NCBI GenBank assembly: GCA_044222185.1 | Contig: JBGANV010000008.1 | Span: 32,001 to 96,000 of the forward strand | Length of the DNA: 64,000 nucleotides | From: Planctomycetota bacterium | GTDB lineage: Bacteria; Planctomycetota; GCA-002687715; CAIWVZ01 | Direction of reading: 5' to 3' | Program-made: the position numbers and the translations under genes | Notes under the pieces: model-generated | The model's input: only the letters and a program-made list of their open reading frames with translations | Told to the model about the DNA's origin: nothing | Database searches by the model: none | Part shown: one piece after another, positions 58,196-64,000 of the stretch | How positions within the stretch are numbered: the first letter of the stretch is position 1 | Layout: each line of letters opens with the position of its first letter

Positions 58196-59704
58196 CTACT
58201 TCGTGTGGTCGCTCCCCACCTCGACGATCGCTTCGGCCGCGGTGTCTGGCACAGGATCGAACGTGAGGACGCGGACGACTTCCCCGCCATGGCGACGGAC
58301 CCGCAACTCGACGGTCGGGAACGGAGTCTCGCACGCCCAGGCGAAAGTTCCGGCGTCCTTCGGAACAACCATGGTCGAGACGGGCGCCGGCCGGCCACGC
58401 GCCAAACGTGAATTGGCGAATCCGCTCCGCGGCACGACCTCGATGACGAGGTCGCACGGCCGCGCGGAATCAGCGGACTCGGCGCCGTCCCGAGTCAAGC
58501 GACCGGACACGCGGAACGGCCGACTGACGTCCACACGAAGATCGCCCAATTGGACAAATCGGCCCGCACGCGCAAGGTCCAGCCGACGGAGGGGCGCGAA
58601 GTCGACCAGTCGATTGCCGGCAAGCTCACGGCCGCCCACGTATCCCTCGGGCTCGACCTGAACGATGACCTCCGCATCGGGCATTTCCGCAAGGGTGAAC
58701 GTGCCGTCTTCGGCCGTGACGGCTCGCTGCAGCTCCGAGTTCCAGTTGTGGGGCGTCACGTTGGATCCGACCGGCGTGGCGACGTACGCGATCACGACAC
58801 CGTTGCCGTAGCCGTGATCGTCCTGGTCGAGCACGCGTCCGCGCACGGTGACGCGTCCACCAAGGACGAGATTGGGCACGACCGACGAGCCACAGCCATC
58901 AACGATCGCCACGTCGATCGGGACGGGGCGTGATAGGGACTGGCACGCGGGATCGTCACCCGTCGAAAGTGCGATCGCACGATAGAGCCCGGGAGCGATA
59001 TCGGAGAGAACGTACTTCCCGGATTCGTCGGTCCGACCGTCATAGTGCACGGATTCCAGGCCGGGGCGGATCGCCTGCAGCCGCACGTCCGCGCCAGCGA
59101 CGGCCCTGCCGGACTGCGTCACGACGAACCCGCTCACCTGGATCGACTTCCAGACCCGGACCACGACGTTCGCCCGCGTTCCGGGCGACGGTACGTCCAC
59201 GCTTGCTGCGAAGTAGCCCTTCGTCGCTGGGCCGCGGGCGCGATCGCTGCACGACTGATCGAAGGGTGCGAGGATGCCTGGAGGAAGCGAGTCCGCGACA
59301 ACGACGACCGCGTACTGCCCCACGGGTACGTCCCGGAATCGGAACCGCCCGACGGGATCCACGGCCAACTTCGGGCCCACGCAGTCGTTCGGCGCGCGGA
59401 TCTGGGACTCGGCGACGAGCTTCACGACTCCGCAGGAGACCGGTACGTCGGCCCCATCGACGACGGATCCTTCTACGATCGACTCCGAGTCATCGGCGCC
59501 CGGGCCGTTCACGACGGCAGTTACGCCGTTGACGAAACCGACCGGGTCCGGCCGCACGGTGTCCGGGCGGCATTGCGCGTAGTCGTGAGACCGCTGCCCG
59601 GCGTCATCATCGACACCGCGCGCAAGCAGCCATCCAAAGAACCCTGCAGCGATCGCGACCACTGCACACGCGAACCACCGCGCCCTGCTTTTTGGAGTCT
59701 TCAT
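58196..59704 (-). CDS. Membrane-anchored carboxypeptidase-regulatory-like domain protein
   Basis: N-terminal TM; repeats GSVVDGAD, GFVVTQSG..AGADV..TDESGKY..PGLY, GRVLDQDD..TAEDGTF. Confidence 0.8.
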   Translation of the reverse strand: MKTPKSRARWFACAVVAIAAGFFGWLLARGVDDDAGQRSHDYAQCRPDTVRPDPVGFVNGVTAVVNGPGADDSESIVEGSVVDGADVPVSCGVVKLVAESQIRAPNDCVGPKLAVDPVGRFRFRDVPVGQYAVVVVADSLPPGILAPFDQSCSDRARGPATKGYFAASVDVPSPGTRANVVVRVWKSIQVSGFVVTQSGRAVAGADVRLQAIRPGLESVHYDGRTDESGKYVLSDIAPGLYRAIALSTGDDPACQSLSRPVPIDVAIVDGCGSSVVPNLVLGGRVTVRGRVLDQDDHGYGNGVVIAYVATPVGSNVTPHNWNSELQRAVTAEDGTFTLAEMPDAEVIVQVEPEGYVGGRELAGNRLVDFAPLRRLDLARAGRFVQLGDLRVDVSRPFRVSGRLTRDGAESADSARPCDLVIEVVPRSGFANSRLARGRPAPVSTMVVPKDAGTFAWACETPFPTVELRVRRHGGEVVRVLTFDPVPDTAAEAIVEVGSDHTK

Positions 59705-59781
59705 GACATTGCCTCGCGCCGACTGCGTGGCCGGAATCATCCGACCACGCAGCAGCCTGCGGATCGTTCAGCGCCGTGAAC

Positions 59782-60888
59782 TCAGATCACGATTCCGACC
59801 ACGAAACCGCCGATCGAGAGGATCACCTCCAGGATCTGCCAGCCGCTGACCGGCGGCCCCGATCCGTCGTGTCCGGCGCCTCCTTGCCCCCCGTTCGGCA
59901 GACCGATGCCGCCCGGCCCGCCACGCGCTCCATCGCCGGGGTGGCTTCCGTTGCCGCCATTGCCGCCGGTCCCGCCATCACCGCCGGGGCCGAAATAGGG
60001 CGGGCCGGCGGCCGGGAACTGGTTGCCGCGGCCACCAGCACCACCGATGCCACCATTCCCGCCGAGACCCGTACCCGCGGAGTGGCCACCATGGCCGGCG
60101 TTACCGCCACGACCACCCGCGCTCACGCCGTTGCTGTCGCCGCCCGGACCGCCCGGTCCGCCGAGCCCGCCATTGCCGTTGCCCTGCCCGCTGCCACCGC
60201 AGCCACCGTCGGCACCGGGCCCGCCTGGACTGTTGCCCCAGGTCGAAGCGCTCCCTCCGGCGCCTCCCCATCCACCGTGCCCGCCGTCTCCGTTGCCGCC
60301 GACGTAGACGGATCCACCCCGACCGCCCTTTCCGCCGCGTCCCTGGCCAGGCGTGCCCGGAGGATTGACACCCGATTTCGGGCCGCCCCATCCGCCGTCG
60401 CCACCGCGACCGCCGCCGTTGAATCCAGAGCCGCCGTCTCCGGCATCACCGCCACAGCCCGTTCCTGTCGCGCTGCCGTTGGCGCCGCGACCGCCGTCGC
60501 CACCGCGACCGCCAACTCCGCCAGTGTTGCCGCTGTTGCCTCCGTTGCCGCCGCGCCCACCTGGCCGCTCCGGTCCGTTCAACGCGTCACCACCGCGACC
60601 GCCGTTGCCGCCGCTGCCGATGCCAGCGCCGTTCCCGCCGTGGCCGCCGTTGCCGCCGTTCACTCCGGGGCCGCCATTGCCGCCATTGGGCGGACACCCC
60701 GCGGGAGCGCCGGGTGTTCCAGCCGGCGTGTCCCCGGGAAATCCGTCGTAGCCATTCGGGTGACTCGGCGTCCCCGGCGCTCCGAACGGATACCCCGGCG
60801 GGTAACTCGAGAACGGGCCTTGCGCGTCGAGCATCGACGCGACGAGAAACATGACAAGGACGAACCCGACCACTTTCGAATGAGACAT
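59782..60888 (-). CDS. Secreted glycine-rich (GGx repeat) protein with C-terminal hydrophobic anchor
   Basis: Signal peptide ending LDA-Q; long runs of GGxGGxGG; C-terminal WQILEVILSIGGFVVGIVI. Confidence 0.82.
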   Translation of the reverse strand: MSHSKVVGFVLVMFLVASMLDAQGPFSSYPPGYPFGAPGTPSHPNGYDGFPGDTPAGTPGAPAGCPPNGGNGGPGVNGGNGGHGGNGAGIGSGGNGGRGGDALNGPERPGGRGGNGGNSGNTGGVGGRGGDGGRGANGSATGTGCGGDAGDGGSGFNGGGRGGDGGWGGPKSGVNPPGTPGQGRGGKGGRGGSVYVGGNGDGGHGGWGGAGGSASTWGNSPGGPGADGGCGGSGQGNGNGGLGGPGGPGGDSNGVSAGGRGGNAGHGGHSAGTGLGGNGGIGGAGGRGNQFPAAGPPYFGPGGDGGTGGNGGNGSHPGDGARGGPGGIGLPNGGQGGAGHDGSGPPVSGWQILEVILSIGGFVVGIVI

Positions 60889-61415
60889 CGGAAACGACTC
60901 CTCACATCACGTGCTGCGCATGCAGCCACGACCTTCGCAAACCACTGAATCGATGACGCCACCGACCGACGCCTGCGCGCACGGGAGGACCTCGCGTCCA
61001 GGGTCGCGTGACGTTCGACGCGTGGGTCGTGTTTCCACACGCGCGGAAATTCGAACGCTCGCAACCTGACGCCTGGCGGCTCCGACGTTCGAAGCGCGAC
61101 GGCGCTGATCTGCACCGCGCGCGCGGCGACGGATCCGTCACTGCGCGCAGGAGCTACGCCGACTTGGGGACGAGCGTCGCCCCCGGACAGGTTTTTCTGC
61201 GAATCGTGCGCGAGGGCTTCGGGGCTGGTTTTCCGCTGCCAGCCGCGCATTCGCGGGCGTTCGACGCCCGAACGCGACCCGCGCGACGAACGTCGGCGTC
61301 ACTCCCATCGGAGTCTTGTTCCCGGGTTCATCGCCCTTCCACGCCTCCGCGCTTTCTTGTGCGTGCGCCGGAGTGGCCGGCGCTCGATCTGGACACGGTC
61401 ACACAGGAGAAGATC

Positions 61416-62981
61416 ATGCAGGCCAGCTTCCGCGAGCGTTGCACTTGGGTCGTTGCGTTGGTGATGTGTGGAGTTCTCTCGGCGAACGGTGCGGCGCAGG
61501 GTGGTGCCGTTTCCTTCCACGGCCCGTCGAGCTCGGACTCGCCGTACCTCGTCGGGATGCAGAAGGGGATGATCGTCGCGTCGATCCTCACGACGGGTGA
61601 TGCGATCACGGCGCCGACGGGCGGCGCGCCCTATCGCCTCGCCGGAATCCCCGACGGATGTGGCCTCTTCGGCAACGGCGATGGCACGTTCACCCTGCTC
61701 GTGAACCACGAGCTGAGCGCCGGGGTCGGCGTTCCGCACGCGCACAGCACGACGGGTGGCGGCGCGTTCATCTCCAAGTGGGTCATCCGCCAGCTCTACG
61801 GCAGCAGCTGTGGTTTCGACGTCGTGAGTGGCGAGGACCTCGTTCAACAGGTCGCGATGTGGAACGCGGCGACGTCGACCTACGACCCGCCGGCCCTCGG
61901 CGCGGTGTTCGATCGCTTCTGCTCCGCGGACCTGCCGGCGAAGAGCGCATTCAAGTTCGGCGCGTTCGGGTTCGACGGTCGCATCTTCATGAACGGAGAA
62001 GAGGCGAACGGCGGCCATGCGTGGGCTCACGTCGTCACGGGCGCCCCGGCGGGCACCTCGTACGAACTCCCGCGCCTCGGTCGCATGGCCTTCGAGAACG
62101 TCGTCGCCAACCCGGCCACGGGTCTGCGAACGGTCGTCGTCGCGCTCGATGACACGACGCCGGGCCAGGTCTACGTGTACGTCGGCACGAAGCAGAACTC
62201 GGGAAACCCGGTGCAGCGCGCCGGCCTCACCAATGGTTCGCTGTACGGCGTCGTGATCCCGGGCCAGCCGATCGAACCACGCGATCCGACGCCAGCTCTC
62301 ACGAGCCCGTTCTCGCTGGCACCCCTCGGCGACGTCACGGGTCAAACCTCGGCCCAGCTCGACGCCACGAGCGACGCGGCGGGCGTCACGCGCTTCCTGC
62401 GGCCGGAGGACGGCGCATGGGATCCGGAGAATCCCAACGACTTCTATTTCGTGACGACGGACCGCATCGATCAGGTGAAGGATGGGCTCGGCTCGCAGAT
62501 CGCTCGCAGCCGCTTGCGCCGCCTCCGATTCTTCGATCGCACGCAGCCCGAACTGGGCGGGACGATGGAGATCCTGCTGGACGGCACGGAAGCCCAGAAC
62601 ATGCTCGACAACATCACGATCGATCGCAGCGGACACGTGCTGATGCAGGAGGACACGGGCGGCTCGGCGCACAACGCCAAGGTCTGGCAGTACGACATCG
62701 CGACCGACACACTGAAGTTGCTGGCGATGCACGATCCGCTTCGCTTCGGCGACGTTTCGCTCGCCGCGAAGGCCCCGTTCAATCTGGACGAAGAGTCCTC
62801 CGGGATCATCGACGCGGGCGACGTCCTCGGCCGTGGCTGGTTCATCGCCGTGGTGCAGGCGCACTATCCCAAGAGCGATCCCTACGTGGTGGAAGGCGGG
62901 CAGATCCTCGCGATCTACGACCCCGACAGCGATTCGCGTCACCGCTCGGGCTTCAATCCTGACCTCTGCGACGGGAATTGA
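61416..62981 (+). CDS. phoX: PhoX-like (DUF839) alkaline phosphatase
   Basis: AGGAG RBS; PDG, LVNHEL, RFCSADL, GEE, GRMAFEN, FLRPEDG, LDNITI..QED, ESSG, VQAH, EGGQ motifs. Confidence 0.82.
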   Translation: MQASFRERCTWVVALVMCGVLSANGAAQGGAVSFHGPSSSDSPYLVGMQKGMIVASILTTGDAITAPTGGAPYRLAGIPDGCGLFGNGDGTFTLLVNHELSAGVGVPHAHSTTGGGAFISKWVIRQLYGSSCGFDVVSGEDLVQQVAMWNAATSTYDPPALGAVFDRFCSADLPAKSAFKFGAFGFDGRIFMNGEEANGGHAWAHVVTGAPAGTSYELPRLGRMAFENVVANPATGLRTVVVALDDTTPGQVYVYVGTKQNSGNPVQRAGLTNGSLYGVVIPGQPIEPRDPTPALTSPFSLAPLGDVTGQTSAQLDATSDAAGVTRFLRPEDGAWDPENPNDFYFVTTDRIDQVKDGLGSQIARSRLRRLRFFDRTQPELGGTMEILLDGTEAQNMLDNITIDRSGHVLMQEDTGGSAHNAKVWQYDIATDTLKLLAMHDPLRFGDVSLAAKAPFNLDEESSGIIDAGDVLGRGWFIAVVQAHYPKSDPYVVEGGQILAIYDPDSDSRHRSGFNPDLCDGN

Positions 62982-63348
62982 ACGACAACTCCCCACGGCA
63001 CGCATTCGGCACCCGGCGATTCGTCCCGGGTGCGCCGAGCGTCACCCGGACGATCGTCCACATCCCATCCGAGGTTCGGGCGGGAGAAAGCCGACCCGCA
63101 CGCGCCGACAACGCCTGAGTGGCGCTTGACCGAGGCGCTGATCGTTCACTAAGCTCACCCCCTCCCGACGTGCGCCCCTCGTTGGGCGCCGTGCCGTGGG
63201 CCGCTTCCGGTCGTCGCGTCGGTCATCGTTCGTTTCGATGTCCCCTGCATGCCATCGCCCGGAAGCGCTGCGCCGATTCGTGCGTTTTTTTGCAACACCC
63301 GTAGTGGCAGGGCCGTCGTCACGGACGACGCAGCCCCAGGAGCAACTC

Positions 63349-64000
63349 ATGTCGCGTAGTTTCTTTGCGTCAGCACTTGCGCTGTGCGTGCTCGGCGGAA
63401 CGGTCGCCGCGCAGTCCCAGAGCCTCCCGAACAACCTGCTCACCGTGGAGGCGTCGAGTTCGTCCTCCTTCCCGTTCAACACGGCGGCCGCGAGCCACAA
63501 GTGGCAATGGGTCTACGACTCCAGCCAGTTCGTCCTTCAGGCCCCGCAACTGATCACGCAGATCTACGTCCGCTCGAACGCGAATGCAGCGGTCGCCGCG
63601 TTCAACTTCCCGAGCGTCCGCATCGTGATGGCATCGAGCCCGAACAACTATGGCGTCGGCACGCCGCCGGCCGGACAGGACACGATCTTCGCCAACAACC
63701 TGTTCACGGATCAGCTCGAAGTTCGCGCAGCCACCCCCTGGACGGGCGGACCGGTTCCGCCAGCGGCCGTGGGTCCTGCGACCTTCTTCTCGCTCGGCAT
63801 CACGACGCCGTTCCTCTATGACCCGACGCAGGGTCGAGACCTCGTCATCCAGCTCGAGGTCTGCGGCGCGACGACGACCTGGGGTGCGGCCATCGACGGG
63901 CAGACCGGCGCAGCCGGCGCCGTCGGCGGCAACCGCTACGGCAACACGACGGCAGGCACGGGATGCTCGGCCGCGTCACGCAACTTCAACAACAACGAGT
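63349..64000 (+). CDS. Secreted hypothetical protein (runs off the right edge)
   Basis: Not in the ORF track. AGGAG RBS; MSRSFFASALALCVLGGTVAA-QSQSLPNN...SFPF...WQWVYDSSQF...TPFLYDPTQGRDLVIQL, open to the window end. Confidence 0.85.
   Translation, partial: MSRSFFASALALCVLGGTVAAQSQSLPNNLLTVEASSSSSFPFNTAAASHKWQWVYDSSQFVLQAPQLITQIYVRSNANAAVAAFNFPSVRIVMASSPNNYGVGTPPAGQDTIFANNLFTDQLEVRAATPWTGGPVPPAAVGPATFFSLGITTPFLYDPTQGRDLVIQLEVCGATTTWGAAIDGQTGAAGAVGGNRYGNTTAGTGCSAASRNFNNNE

Noticed and set aside
59776-60948. Pro-rich and Ala/Thr-rich plus-strand ORFs
   Set aside because: Reverse-complement frames of the Gly-rich gene, which alone has a signal peptide and anchor.
1283-63005. Many long Arg/Ala/Gly-rich overlapping ORFs (e.g. 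4323-6425, 10225-12342, 25990-28155, 29667-31613, 40294-42477, 61299-63005)
   Set aside because: Stop-poor alternative frames of high-GC3 genes, with no motifs or RBS.

Overview
A 64-kb chromosomal segment from a very GC-rich bacterium. The gene content suggests Planctomycetota (inference): a Ser/Thr kinase, an ECF sigma factor fused to a TM helix and Ig-like repeats, HEAT-repeat proteins and many paralogous secreted proteins. I call 46 CDS; most other ORFs in the six-frame track are antisense or out-of-frame shadows of high-GC genes. In order: a partial Ser/Thr kinase; five tandem secreted proteins (two with double P-domains, two with beta-helix+PKD, one Kelch) carrying similar ~110-125-aa terminal modules; a thioredoxin-like/TPR protein divergent from a complete moxR-DUF58-bat operon ending in a GT2; GT4/GT2 genes; a chrB-led run without chrA; an OprO/P-type porin with an octaheme cytochrome c; a DUF4185 protein; two HEAT proteins; a two-component system with an 11-bp-period direct-repeat box; a 147-bp palindrome-rich tandem repeat; a GT-C glycosyltransferase and a truncated aspartokinase-like gene; two ATP-grasp ligases with a methyltransferase; a transmembrane ECF sigma; two paralogous GT-C-like membrane proteins; a glycine-rich surface protein with an Ig-repeat partner; PhoX; and a partial secreted protein. 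I recognised no rRNA, tRNA, CRISPR array, transposase or integrase. The best leads are the shared terminal module (possible sorting or anchoring domain), near-universal Gln after signal peptides, the porin-octaheme pair, the dual ATP-grasp cluster, the glycine-rich protein locus and a dispersed hairpin repeat family. All family calls come from reading motifs by eye, with no database searches.
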